From positions 262,600 through 326,599 of the forward strand of contig BCKQ01000006.1 in assembly GCA_001600695.1 (NCBI GenBank): a stretch of DNA of 64,000 bases. Direction: 5' to 3'. This DNA is from Ascoidea asiatica JCM 7603 (lineage: Eukaryota; Fungi; Ascomycota). Shown piece after piece: positions 1 through 11,185 of the stretch. Each line of letters begins with the position of its first letter. The stretch's first letter is position 1. The notes below the pieces were generated by a model. It was given only the letters and a program-made list of their open reading frames with translations. It was not told the DNA's origin and made no database searches. The position numbers and the translations under genes were made by a program.

Positions 1-9
1 ATTACCCAT
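1..9 (-). CDS. Probable start (Met-Gly-Asn) of a gene running off the left edge
   Basis: The reverse complement of 1-16 reads AAAAAAA-ATG-GGT-AAT, the same A-rich start context as other genes here. About 2 kb of non-coding DNA with a CG-motif-rich island (865-1010) lies upstream. Confidence 0.4.
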
Positions 10-865
10 TTTTTTTATAATAATATATGAATTGGATTGAATTGAATTGAATAATATAAGGTTTAACAATATGAAGAAATATATAAATATGGAAATATAC
101 AATATATTTATACCAAATTATATTATTATTATGTTTTATTATTATGATATACTATTGAATGATATTGTATATTATTGAATAAATATTGGATAATAGTGAA
201 TAGTATTAGATAATTGATTGAATATGATAATGGATAATTTCTTATCTAGATGCATTTAATACGTTGATCAAAAAAAAATTTAAGTTATCAAGTTAAACAG
301 TTTTCAAGTTTAATAGTTTAATAGTTAAATAGGTAACATATTATTTAAATAATAGATAAGATTAAGATTATATATACATTTGAAAAAAAAAAAAATAAGA
401 TTTGATATAATTATTAAAAGAATAAATTATGAATAAATTATGAATAATTTCTGAAAATATTTTAGCCTTGACATTTTCTTAAACTTGATTTAGATATAAA
501 TAAGATATAAAATTTTAATATTTTTCATAAATTGAAAAAATTAAAGTTATATAATAATAATTAAAGTTAGATAGATTAGTAAAAATTAGACTGGAATTTT
601 ATTTATCAAATGGCTAAAATACTTCATAGTTTCTTTTATTGGTGATTAATTTAACAATTTATGATTTGGAATTTTATAATTGGAATACTTTTAAGATAAA
701 ATACGTAATTTTATTTACTTTTTTTACTTCTGGAACCTTTACTTTTTTGATTATTATTTAAATTTGTCTTATAAAATTCAAAGAAACTAGAAATTATTGC
801 AAAAATTGAGAAAAAAAAGAAGGTTTTTGGAAAAGAAAACAAAATATTTAAATTTAAAGAAAAAA

Positions 866-980
866 GTCACATGCGCAGTTTATCCGGTTGGAAGTTTATC
901 CGGAGAAGAGTAATCCGCGGAAAACCGTGCAGATTAAAATTCAAGGAATTTCCGCGTGTTTGAGGTGAAGATTCCGCGTA
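866..980. promoter_or_regulatory. GC-rich promoter island with a Cbf1-type site and zinc-cluster/Rsc3-type CCG sites
   Basis: GTCACATG at 866-873; AGTTTATCCGG twice (877-887, 893-903); TCCGCGGA (PDRE consensus) at 914-921; TTCCGCGT near 950 and 972. Confidence 0.55.
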
Positions 981-1822
981 TTATTTCCCTGTTGTAGTGA
1001 GCGGGGAGTAAATATAATGGTGGTTAGTATAGGAAAAAACCTGTTGTAAATGAGTAACTAACAATACTCTTTGGCAAAGAAAGAAGAAGAAATCGAAGTT
1101 TATCGCCAACCACAAAAATTAAGAGAAAATAAATTAGAAATAAATCAGAAACAAATCAAAAGTAATAAAAGAAAGCGATCAAAAAGACTTTGGTTATTGG
1201 AAATGATGCTTTTATCATTGGTTGCGTAGTAAATCTCGATAGGGAAATAAAAGTTTAATGTTCGAGAGTTCAAAGTCATTCAAATTTCAGTAAATAAATT
1301 ATTTGACATATTTTGTTTTTTACAATTATTTACCCCATAATAATCAACAGTTTACTTATCTTTATGGAGATTTTGAAAATTTGAATTATTTTCTTATATA
1401 ATTCATGCTAAAACTTATCAATTTAAATCAATGCCTTATATTCATTAATCTAACGTTACCAATTTTCATTTATTTTTAAATTTTTATTATGATAATTAAA
1501 TCTGAAAGCAATTGATTGTAATGTAATTCAGTAATTTGTCCTCATTGGGTATCAATTCCTTCTGCAACCATTTCCAAATTCGGATTCTTTTCCATTCTTC
1601 TCTCACATTTAATTTATTGTTTTGATTCACCAGGAACTCATTAAAAGTCCCATGAAACTGGACTCATTTGTAATTTTTGTCGCCATAATCATGGACTGTC
1701 TAGTTTTTAAAAAGTATCCATGAAAGTGGTTTTGGTTTGTTACCCTGATGAGTAGTCCCATATGAGTAGTCTCCTTTGTATCACATGACCATTTCTTGAT
1801 TTCGCGTCTTTTTTTACTTCTT

Positions 1823-1892
1823 TTAAAAAGCTGGTTCAAATTGGTTAAAAAGCTGGTTCAAATTGGTTAAAAACTGGTTCAGAATTGGTTTA
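1823..1892. repeat. 22-bp minisatellite, ~3 copies, in the RIM1 promoter
   Basis: TTAAAAAGCTGGTTCAAATTGG occurs exactly twice, followed by a third degenerate copy. Confidence 0.85.
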
Positions 1893-2061
1893 AAACTCGA
1901 CTGATTTTTCTTATTGGTGAAAGAAGAACTTTGTTTATTTATTTATCAATTTAATCAATTCAATTCAATTACTTCAATTAACTTATATATTTGATATATA
2001 TTCAATTCAATTCGATTATATACAACTCAATTAAACTGATCATCAATAATACTTTATCAAA

Positions 2062-2496
2062 ATGTTTCGTAATTCATTATTAAAATCAAATTCAATCTTG
2101 AATAAAAATTTAAAATTTTCTTTATTAAATAGAAATATTGCAACAATGGCAAAATTTACTGCAATTGGTTATATTGGAATGGATTTAATTCCATCAACAA
2201 CTTCAAATGATAAATCTATTTTAAAATATCCATTAGCTGTAACTCCATATAAAGATGGTCAAACAAGTTGGTATAATATATCTGTTTTTAGTCCAGGTAC
2301 AATTGATTATATGTCAACTTATATTAAAAAAGGTTCTTTAGTTTATATTGAAGCTGATCCTTCAACTGGTACTTTTGAAAAAACTGATGGTACAAAAGGT
2401 TATTCTTTTAATTTAGTTCAAACTAAAATCAATTTATTAAAACCTGGTAAAGATTCGGAATCTACTGAATCAACTGAAAAACAATCTTCTACCTAG
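2062..2496 (+). CDS. RIM1: Mitochondrial single-stranded DNA-binding protein (SSB OB-fold)
   Basis: Basic, hydroxylated N-terminal presequence followed by SSB motifs (IGYIG, TSWYNISVF, YIKKGSLVYIEA, LVQTKINLL). Confidence 0.9.
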   Translation: MFRNSLLKSNSILNKNLKFSLLNRNIATMAKFTAIGYIGMDLIPSTTSNDKSILKYPLAVTPYKDGQTSWYNISVFSPGTIDYMSTYIKKGSLVYIEADPSTGTFEKTDGTKGYSFNLVQTKINLLKPGKDSESTESTEKQSST

Positions 2497-2587
2497 TTTA
2501 GTTAGTTAATTATTTATATATAGTATTTCCCTTTTTTTAACCTCCCTCTCCCTCTCTCTCTTTCTCTATCTAATTTCTCTATTCTTA

Positions 2588-2604
2588 TTTACTATTACTA
2601 TTAC

Positions 2605-2642
<38 letters not shown>

Positions 2643-2652
2643 CTATTATTAT
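2588..2652. repeat. (TAT/TAC)n microsatellite in the convergent RIM1-ERP terminator region
   Basis: Long TATTATTAT run visible in the sequence. Confidence 0.8.
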
Positions 2653-2699
2653 ATTTTATTATATATATAACTTACAATGAATTACTTATTACTTAGTAC

Positions 2700-3356
2700 T
2701 TAAACTAACTTTTCTTTAACAAAAAATGATCTTAAATGTCTCATTTGCCATGCACATGTACATCCTAAAACAATTAATTGAATTAATGTCCATTTAACAA
2801 CTCTTTCATTTGTACTTTCACTTCGATCTCTAAACATTGCTTCTCTATCTCTCATTAAATTTTGTTCTCTTCTAATTTCATTAACTTTATTAGTTAATAA
2901 TTTAACTCTTGATGTTAATGTACCAATTGCATCTTTACCCTTTGTATCTAAATTTTTACTTTCTCCAATATTAAATTCAATATTAATTTTTGCTTTAGTT
3001 TTACTAATCCAACCAGAACTTTCAGGTTGAAAACAAATTCTATGTTCTCCAGAATCAATTGCTGTAAATGTAAATTCACTTTTAGATATTCCCTTTTGAT
3101 GTACAACTCTATGATCATCATCAAAAACTTCTTCAACATCAATAATTAATCCCATTTCTAATGAATTTCTATATCCATTAACTCTTTGATCAAATACTTC
3201 TATTTTATATTTTCCAATTAATAATGTACCTTCACTTAATTCTTTATAAAAACATCTTCTTTCTCCTCCATTAACATAAAAATGAAATCCATTTGTTAAT
3301 TTTGAAAAAATTAAAATTATAAATATTATAAATGAATTTAATTTATTATTTATCAT
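2700..3356 (-). CDS. ERP1: p24/emp24/gp25L family ER-Golgi cargo receptor, p24-alpha type (Erp1/5/6-like)
   Basis: Signal peptide, GOLD domain (FHFY..GERRCFYKEL; FTFTAIDSGEHRICF), coiled coil, one TM helix and a C-terminal FFVKEKLV tail. Confidence 0.88.
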   Translation of the reverse strand: MINNKLNSFIIFIILIFSKLTNGFHFYVNGGERRCFYKELSEGTLLIGKYKIEVFDQRVNGYRNSLEMGLIIDVEEVFDDDHRVVHQKGISKSEFTFTAIDSGEHRICFQPESSGWISKTKAKINIEFNIGESKNLDTKGKDAIGTLTSRVKLLTNKVNEIRREQNLMRDREAMFRDRSESTNERVVKWTLIQLIVLGCTCAWQMRHLRSFFVKEKLV

Positions 3357-3780
3357 TTTTTTATCAATCTTTTTTATTCCCTATTCAATATTATTCTTTG
3401 TTCTTTATCTCTATTCTTTATTCCTCATTCAATTCAAATTATTCTATTCAAACCAATATATTTATTATTTTTTTATTGTTATTTCTTATTTATTTTTCAC
3501 TCCTTCAAATGAACTTTCTTTGAACTTTGATTGAATTTTGAATTACGTGTTACTGAAAAAATGATCTGCTTACGGGCTTAAGTACTATTATTACGTAATC
3601 GTATTTTTCATCCATCAAATAAATAATTATTTAAAGGTAAATAATGAAATGAATAATGGAATAAAGAATTAATTATTGTATTGAATGAATATATAATGAA
3701 ATAAATAAACAAGAGAAACGAAAGAAGTAAAGAAATGATGAAACAAAAGAAGTAAATTCAAATTATAATACTTCCAACAG

Positions 3781-5778
3781 TCACTCATACGTATATCTTT
3801 TTTTTAATAGTCCAGGTCTTTTGAAATAATATTGTTTATGACTTTTTCTACAACTTCTTAAACTACTACCTCCTTTTAAACTTATCATTAATTTTTTTCT
3901 TTCCAATTCTGAATCTGTATCAATATTATAATAATATTCCTCATCTAATGGTTTTCCTGCTGCATCTTTACCTTCTCTATTGATTTTTCCAATACAATCA
4001 ATATTTGATAAAATTTCTCTTAAAATATCAATATTATTTAATTCATCTTTTATTATATGTGATATACTATTATTTAAATATGTTATTGGAGTTTGATTTA
4101 AATTTGAAAATGATAAATGATTAATTAAAATATTTTCAATTGTTTTTAAATCTAATTTAGAATTGATTTTTTTAATTTTTTCTTCTAATTGTGAAAATTT
4201 ATCTTCATTTTCTTTGATTTCTAATTTATTTACACTTGTTATGTTCTTTAAATCAATTTTTTTAATATCATCAATATTATTTGAAATTATTGAAGAATTT
4301 AAAGATCCTTTGGATTGAATTCTTTTTCTTAATGATTTTGCATTATCATAATATTCTTCTCTTTTATTTAAAATTTTAATTCTATCTTTAATTTCTTGCT
4401 TATCCATAAATTCATTTTTCATGATTAATTTATTTTCACTGACTTTATCAATATCATCATCTGTAATTTCTTTTACTACGGATTCTTTAGGCTTAGTTTT
4501 CTCTTTTACTATAGTCTTTACCAAAATAATATCATTAGTTTCTTTGATTTCTTTACTTCTTTTAGTTTCTTTAGTTTCGATTGGGTTCTTTAAACTTAAA
4601 CTACTCGATTCAATAGATTTCGAAGCTTCCTGATTATCATTATTGATATAATTGTCTAGTATCATAAATTTAACTAAATTAATTTCCCTTGGAATTGATG
4701 GTTCCAATTTTGTACCTTCTATTGCAATATAATTTCCTTTAATATCAATTAAAATATTATTAATACATGGAATTATAAGTTTTTCTCCTTTTAATATAAA
4801 AATTATACTTTCTTTATTTTGAATGGCTAATCTATTGAAATTAGTTAATCCTTTTCTAATTAACTCAGAAAATGAAGATTCTTTGATATTAATAGATTCT
4901 TTAAAGAAATAATCTTTATAATTCTTTTTTTTTTCTTTAGGCTTCACATCTTGAGAAATTAAATAATTCAATTTAATATAATAAGGTAATATCACACTAC
5001 ATCCATTTAAACCATAACAACTTATAATCAATTCATTTTTTAAATTATCATAATCAATTTTTAAATGTTTTCTTGAAATTAAATTTAAATTTTTTAAATC
5101 TGAATTTATGAAAAAATCTTTGCTTCTACCAATTATTAAAGGATTAAAATCATTTGTGATTTTAATTAATTTCAAACTGATATTAAAATCAGAATCAGTT
5201 TCAATTGAAGATTTCTCAATTACTTTTTTATTTTTTATTTCTTCAACAGCTTCATTCAAATTATATAAATTAATTTCTTTAGATTTTTCAGTCTCTTGAA
5301 TTTCATCTTCTTCATCCAAATTATTTGACATGTAAGTATCATTTAATTCCAGGACTTGATCTTGATCATTAGTTAGTGTAGATTTAAAATCATTGGAATA
5401 TATTATAGATTCATTGATACCAGAATTAATGTTGAGTTGATTTTCTTCATCATCTTTATCAGAATATAAAGAAAAATCAGAAGTTGGATTAGGGGTAGGT
5501 AATTGAAAATTATTTTTTTTTATATTAGAAATGACAAGTATATCATTTTGATTATTTGAAATTGAGTTAGATAATATATTTTTTGTTGGTAATTTTTTTG
5601 AATTTAAATTTCCTGAAGAATTCAATTTCTCTTTATTATTTTTCAAAATATTAATATTTTTGTCATTATTATATTGAAAATAATTTTCTTTATCACTTTC
5701 TAAATCTTCTGAATCATTCAATGGAACAGAATCATAAAATTCAAGAACTGGAGAAGATGGAGGAAATTGATCTTTCAT
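3781..5778 (-). CDS. TOS4: Tos4/Plm2 family FHA-domain G1/S transcriptional regulator
   Basis: N-terminal QFPPSSP, PTPNPTS motif, FHA domain (IIGRS..ISRKH..GLNG) and the conserved C-terminus REGKDAAGKPLDEEYYY...LRSCRKSHKQYYFKRP. Confidence 0.9.
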   Translation of the reverse strand: MKDQFPPSSPVLEFYDSVPLNDSEDLESDKENYFQYNNDKNINILKNNKEKLNSSGNLNSKKLPTKNILSNSISNNQNDILVISNIKKNNFQLPTPNPTSDFSLYSDKDDEENQLNINSGINESIIYSNDFKSTLTNDQDQVLELNDTYMSNNLDEEDEIQETEKSKEINLYNLNEAVEEIKNKKVIEKSSIETDSDFNISLKLIKITNDFNPLIIGRSKDFFINSDLKNLNLISRKHLKIDYDNLKNELIISCYGLNGCSVILPYYIKLNYLISQDVKPKEKKKNYKDYFFKESINIKESSFSELIRKGLTNFNRLAIQNKESIIFILKGEKLIIPCINNILIDIKGNYIAIEGTKLEPSIPREINLVKFMILDNYINNDNQEASKSIESSSLSLKNPIETKETKRSKEIKETNDIILVKTIVKEKTKPKESVVKEITDDDIDKVSENKLIMKNEFMDKQEIKDRIKILNKREEYYDNAKSLRKRIQSKGSLNSSIISNNIDDIKKIDLKNITSVNKLEIKENEDKFSQLEEKIKKINSKLDLKTIENILINHLSFSNLNQTPITYLNNSISHIIKDELNNIDILREILSNIDCIGKINREGKDAAGKPLDEEYYYNIDTDSELERKKLMISLKGGSSLRSCRKSHKQYYFKRPGLLKKRYTYE

Positions 5779-6121
5779 TTTATAATTGAATAGATTATGA
5801 ATCTTTTAATTAAAAGAGTTTTAAAATTATTTGTAAAATACGTAATTCCAAATATCTTTTATATTTTAGGGAAAGAATTATTATTAAAATTAAATAAGCA
5901 AATTTAAGATAAATTGAATCTAATCAAAGCAGCCAAATTGAAATAAATCAAATAAGTAGAAGAAGTCTTACAAGAAGTAAAACTTCAAAGTTACATTTTT
6001 CAAACAGACATAATTGAAAAGATGAATATCCTAAAAGACATGAAAAAAGAATAACAGTCAACTTGAAAATTATTATTTATTTGTTTATATCTTTCTTTAT
6101 TTATTTATTTATATTTACAAA

Positions 6122-6344
6122 CACGAAACAAATTAAAAACCACGAACAATGAAAATTCAGTAACAAAAATAAAAAAACTCGTGTTTGTAGGAAAAACTAG
6201 CCACATTTACACCAGCCTTTATTGTTACAAGCCCACAAAAAAAAAAATAAGATATACATATATGCATACAACTGCACTGGAGCACATCTAATTACATATT
6301 TTTACATATCCGGAAAAAACAAGAATTTTTTGAATTTCGCGTCT
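6122..6344. promoter_or_regulatory. SCB/MCB (SBF/MBF) G1/S elements upstream of TOS4
   Basis: CACGAAA at 6122-6128, CACGAAC at 6141, CTCGTG near 6178, and TTTCGCGTCT at 6335-6344 (AGACGCGAAA on the minus strand). TOS4 is an established SBF/MBF target in S. cerevisiae. Confidence 0.7.
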
Positions 6345-6523
6345 ATTTTTAAATAAATAAAATCCGGGGAAAATGAAAAAGTCAAGTGAAAAAGTCAGAG
6401 GAAAAGTTTGGTTGATTTTTTTAGGAGAAGCGAAGTAAAAGAATGTAGATTAAATTTATTTGTGAATGAAATATATAAGAAAAATAAAGAGAATAATTAA
6501 AAAGAAAACTAGTTTGATTAAAT

Positions 6524-9500
6524 TCATAGACTTCTATTTCTACCATGCATTTTTTTTTGCATTCTATACATAAATAATCTTATTATACTCTTTGAAATAC
6601 TTTTTTCTCCAAATAATAATAAATCTAATGTTAATCCTAAACATACAATCAATGCAATTACCAATGAACTGAAAAAAATAATATAAAATCTATAATATTC
6701 ACTAACAATATTGAATGCAAACGTATGTGGTAAATATGTATCACCAAAATCATCAAAACTTTGATCTGAATAAATTTGATTTTTATTACCATAATAAAAT
6801 GTAATTAAATATTGAAATGATAATTGTTTGAATAATTTAAATATTTCAGTTTTTTTAATTCTTGAAATTTGATATATTGGATATGCTAGAAATATTATTA
6901 ATAAAGTATATGATGTTAATCCATAAAATGTTTCAGATTTTCTAATATTCATTTTTCTTTTATCAAGTTCACTTTTCTTTTCTTGATAATTTGAATAAAT
7001 TAATGTTGAATTTAAATATAATATTATAAGTAATATAAATACTATTACAATTAATGCAATTGCTAATCCAAGTTCAACATTTGATAATTTTTGAATTTTA
7101 TTTGTAATATTAATAATATAAGCAATAAAAAAATAAATTGAAAATAGAATTGCATTTTTGAAAAAAATATTTAAATCATAATTTTTTTTAACAATCAATT
7201 CTCTAAAATCAAAATCATCATCATCTTCATCGATTTCTGTAATTGCTTTTCTTGGATGTTCAAGACATGATTTTTTATTTATATAATTTTGAATAGATGC
7301 AAATAAAAATGATTGAAAAATAAATTTCAAAAATAATAAACCAATTACTGTCCACCCAAATTTAAGTATATCTCTTCTAACATTTTTATGAACATCTTTT
7401 TGCTTATAATCAAATAAGAAATAACAGAAATACATTTGTCCATATTGGCACATTGTTAAAATGATTTGAATAAATGTTAGAAGAATTGATAATATTTTAA
7501 AATGTGTTATGAAAGTATCTTGATTATCATAAATATTTGAACTTGATTTCTTTTTTGAATATAAAATTTTATTAGCTAAATTTTTAAAAAAATTTTCATT
7601 TAAACATAGATATAAAAGTACAATTATTACAATTGAATAAACTTCACCGAATATTAATGTTGAAAAATTTGAAATTAATGTTCTTTTTGGAAATTGTAAG
7701 AATGTTTTTAGATGTTTATCAAAACTTATTAAAAATTCATATGGTATATTATCACCCATAATTGATGTGAAGTTTTTTTGATTATTATAAAAAATTGATT
7801 CGATTATAATAAATGCAATACTTAAAATAATTGAAGAAATAATAAAAATGAAATTGAAAGACTTAATTTTATTTGCTAATTTATAAATTTCTGGATTTGA
7901 TTGTTGTGAATAATCTTTATTAATTGAATTTGAATTTGAATTATCTTTTTTATTAACTAGTAATTCATTTGTATCATTATGATTGAAAATTTGATTTGAA
8001 GGACTTGGTTCTCTATTAGCAGTATTTAAAATTGAATTATCATCATCATCTTCAGGTAAAAATCTTAAGGATCTTTGACGTGAATATTCTAAATCTCTTA
8101 AAGAATCGTTTGGATTCAAAGAATTCAAATCTGGATTTGGAATACTTTTTTTAGTAAATTCATTTAATTCAAACGAATTTTGATTCATTTGATTATTTTT
8201 TTTCGCTAAACCTCTTGAAGAAAAAGAATTATTTTTTTTTGGAGTAAACTTAAAAAATCTTGTATAAGATTTTGAAAAAATATCTTTTAAACCATTATTA
8301 AAATTCATTATAACTTTTAAAGACATAATAATATTTAAAATTAATAAAAGAAAATAAAATAAGAAATAAACTTTCATAATAAAGAATTTAATTGGATATT
8401 GATGAATTGATCTTAATTTAAAAATAATCAAAATCTGACTAAAATTAAAGAAAATATAAAATGAATTAAATAAAACACCAGTAATAAATAAACCATAAAA
8501 TTTTTCAAAACTTGCAAAAAAATCTTGTAAAATTAAATAAAATGGAGTTAAGAATATTAAAAATATATGAAAATTTGAAGAAGCAGTTGATGAAATCATA
8601 TCAACAAATAACAAATTGAAAACCATTGAAGTAAAACAACTTAAAGTTAAAGAAGCTCTATGAATTTGAAAATTATATAAGATTTTTTTTTTTGAAAAAG
8701 ATGAATTACCTAAATCATCATAAGATTCATTAACTATGGCCTTTTTAGCATAAAACCAAAAGAAGATTAATTGAACTAAAGCAGTTAAACCAGAAAAGGC
8801 AATTAATAAATATGAGAATACTTTAAATAAATGATCATAATAACTAGTATTTATAGAGTCATTCCAAATTTGAGTTGTATTTGAAATTGAAAATGAAGTT
8901 GCAGTACCATTATATAAAAAAGCAGAGAAAATTAAAACTAAAATTAAATAAATTAATAAAAATATAACTTGGATCATATTTTTAGAATGAATTGACAAAA
9001 AAGTTACAATAATTTGAAAAATTTTTGCAAACATTAAAATTATTGTTGGTAAAAAAATATCAATTGGAGTTGAAATATCTAAAGACATTGAAGTATATTG
9101 TTCAGGATTTGTATTTTTTAAAAAATTTGCAGTTGCATAATATGGTATAAATAAATATTTTGAAGCAGAAAAAGTTGTATCTAAAGTTACAGATCTATAA
9201 TTCCTTGAAATTAAAACAATTTTATCTAACATTACACATTGAAAAGGAATTGATAAAATTACAGAAATTACAGAATTTAAGAAAAAAATTAATAAAATTT
9301 TATTTGATTTTAAACCTTCAAAATATGAAAATTTATTTCTTTTATTATTATTTTTATTTGAATTTAAATTTGATTTTGAATTTTGTTTGATTAAAGTTTC
9401 CTTTGTTAATTTTGTATCAGTAGTTGGAGTTAATGGAATATTTTTTTTATCATTTGATAAATAATCATTGGAATTAATTAATTTTCTTGAATGTAAATCA

Positions 9501-9829
9501 GTTTTTGTAAAAATTTCATCATCTGGACTATTAATATTATTATTATGATTATTTGGATTGATAAATCCATCATTTTGTTGATTTAAAGGATTTTGAAGTT
9601 TTCTAATATCTAAATCAGATTCAAAAATAGCATCAAAATCATCATTATCAGATTTATTCAAATCATTATTTGAAAAATCTTTTAAATCTTTTAATTCATC
9701 ATTTTTCTCATCATTTTCAATATTATTTCCTTTTTCAATATCATTTTGTTTCAGGAATGGAGTATTTATTGATAAATCTGGTGATTTGAAGAATCTTTCT
9801 TCATCATCCTCAGCTCCTTTTAAACTCAT
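6524..9829 (-). CDS. Polytopic membrane protein with two tandem UPF0658-like (fungal Golgi membrane protein) domains
   Basis: Two blocks of ~7 hydrophobic segments separated by a polar linker. First block has SKNMIQVI and MNFNNGLK; second has IESIF, QYGQM, YFFIAY and LAYPIYQISRI. Confidence 0.6.
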   Translation of the reverse strand: MSLKGAEDDEERFFKSPDLSINTPFLKQNDIEKGNNIENDEKNDELKDLKDFSNNDLNKSDNDDFDAIFESDLDIRKLQNPLNQQNDGFINPNNHNNNINSPDDEIFTKTDLHSRKLINSNDYLSNDKKNIPLTPTTDTKLTKETLIKQNSKSNLNSNKNNNKRNKFSYFEGLKSNKILLIFFLNSVISVILSIPFQCVMLDKIVLISRNYRSVTLDTTFSASKYLFIPYYATANFLKNTNPEQYTSMSLDISTPIDIFLPTIILMFAKIFQIIVTFLSIHSKNMIQVIFLLIYLILVLIFSAFLYNGTATSFSISNTTQIWNDSINTSYYDHLFKVFSYLLIAFSGLTALVQLIFFWFYAKKAIVNESYDDLGNSSFSKKKILYNFQIHRASLTLSCFTSMVFNLLFVDMISSTASSNFHIFLIFLTPFYLILQDFFASFEKFYGLFITGVLFNSFYIFFNFSQILIIFKLRSIHQYPIKFFIMKVYFLFYFLLLILNIIMSLKVIMNFNNGLKDIFSKSYTRFFKFTPKKNNSFSSRGLAKKNNQMNQNSFELNEFTKKSIPNPDLNSLNPNDSLRDLEYSRQRSLRFLPEDDDDNSILNTANREPSPSNQIFNHNDTNELLVNKKDNSNSNSINKDYSQQSNPEIYKLANKIKSFNFIFIISSIILSIAFIIIESIFYNNQKNFTSIMGDNIPYEFLISFDKHLKTFLQFPKRTLISNFSTLIFGEVYSIVIIVLLYLCLNENFFKNLANKILYSKKKSSSNIYDNQDTFITHFKILSILLTFIQIILTMCQYGQMYFCYFLFDYKQKDVHKNVRRDILKFGWTVIGLLFLKFIFQSFLFASIQNYINKKSCLEHPRKAITEIDEDDDDFDFRELIVKKNYDLNIFFKNAILFSIYFFIAYIINITNKIQKLSNVELGLAIALIVIVFILLIILYLNSTLIYSNYQEKKSELDKRKMNIRKSETFYGLTSYTLLIIFLAYPIYQISRIKKTEIFKLFKQLSFQYLITFYYGNKNQIYSDQSFDDFGDTYLPHTFAFNIVSEYYRFYIIFFSSLVIALIVCLGLTLDLLLFGEKSISKSIIRLFMYRMQKKMHGRNRSL

Positions 9830-11185
9830 TATTGAATAAGTTTTCTTCGTTTTGATTGAATTAAATGAACTTTCTTAATTGAAGTTAAAGAATGTGATAA
9901 AAAAAACAAATCCTAGAGTATTATTGGAAAGAATAGAAAACTTATTATCAACATTTAAAGAAAATAATAAGAATAATCAATGAGAAAATCCGAATATAAA
10001 TATATAAATAAGATTATTATAATACATTGTCATATTCATTTTGGTAAAATTGGATTACAGTGGATAAATAGAATAAATTTTATATGGTAAAAAGGCAAAA
10101 GAATTTAGTAATTGGTATAGCCCTTTAGAGAAGCTAAATCTGGAAAATCTAAGCTTTGAGAGTCTCCTTTTCTACGGTAAAATACGAAGGAAGCTTCAAC
10201 GCGAGACCTCGCAGCAGATGCAAAAGCAGAAAAGTCACCTCCATTTTCGGGGTCGGGGAGGCTGTTTGTGGCTGGCCAATGACAATGTGTGGCAATGTAT
10301 GGCTATTTTTAGATTATTTGTGGCAACTGATGGAAGCAATGCAGGGTAGAAAAGTGCATGTAACAGTATTAGGCAGTGCTATGTACATGTACCAGAGTTG
10401 TGGATTTATCTCCTCTGCATGGATTAGGTAAGTTATTATATAATTAACAGTTTGAACCAGAACTGTGGATGACAAAAATATGCATTTAGAGCTTGCTTGC
10501 CATGATAATAAAGCTTTAGGTATTTGTATGGGAATAAGCACTCCACTTTCAAGTGTCACTCTTGTTGACATTTTGTAAAGTAATATTCAAATAAAGGGTT
10601 AGTGAAATAAAGCATTATTAGAATATCAATAGAATATTAAAGAAATGTAAAGAAATATTCTAATAAAAAAATGCAAATAAAAATTCAAACTAGCTCTAAA
10701 CTTGGGATCCTTTAAACCAAATCACCTTATTTGATCACTGTTAAGAATCTTCACAATCTTCCCATATTATTTTATCAAATCAAATCAAATAAAATTAATA
10801 AAATCAAGAATTAATAGGCAATAAAAATTAGAATCAAAATGAATAAATTCAATCATAAGATTTTTGTCCTTACTTAACATACTGTAGTATTAAAATTAGT
10901 TTTAGAAAATGAATTGAATTGAAATGAATTGAATCTTCTACGTATTTGGATTCATCGTATTTAAATTCATCGTATTCTCTTCAATTAAAAATTATTCATA
11001 CTCGTTTTAATATTCTTTTCTTTATCTTCATAATTAATTAAATTCAAATATTTCAATTACATCAATTAATCAATCAATTAATCAGATAATCAATCAACTA
11101 AATACCTTATTTTACAAATATTCTTATAACATTATACAATTATACTTTTATTCTTTAAATTAATAAAAAATTAAATTAAATCAAA

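Noticed and set aside
1480-1605. Minus-strand fragment MEKNPNLEMVAEGIDTQ* resembling an EAL-domain VAEG motif
   Set aside because: It is too short, flanked by many stops, and most likely a chance match.
1823-1892. CRISPR-like appearance of the 22-bp repeats
   Set aside because: The copies are directly adjacent with no spacers, there are no cas genes, and the context is eukaryotic.
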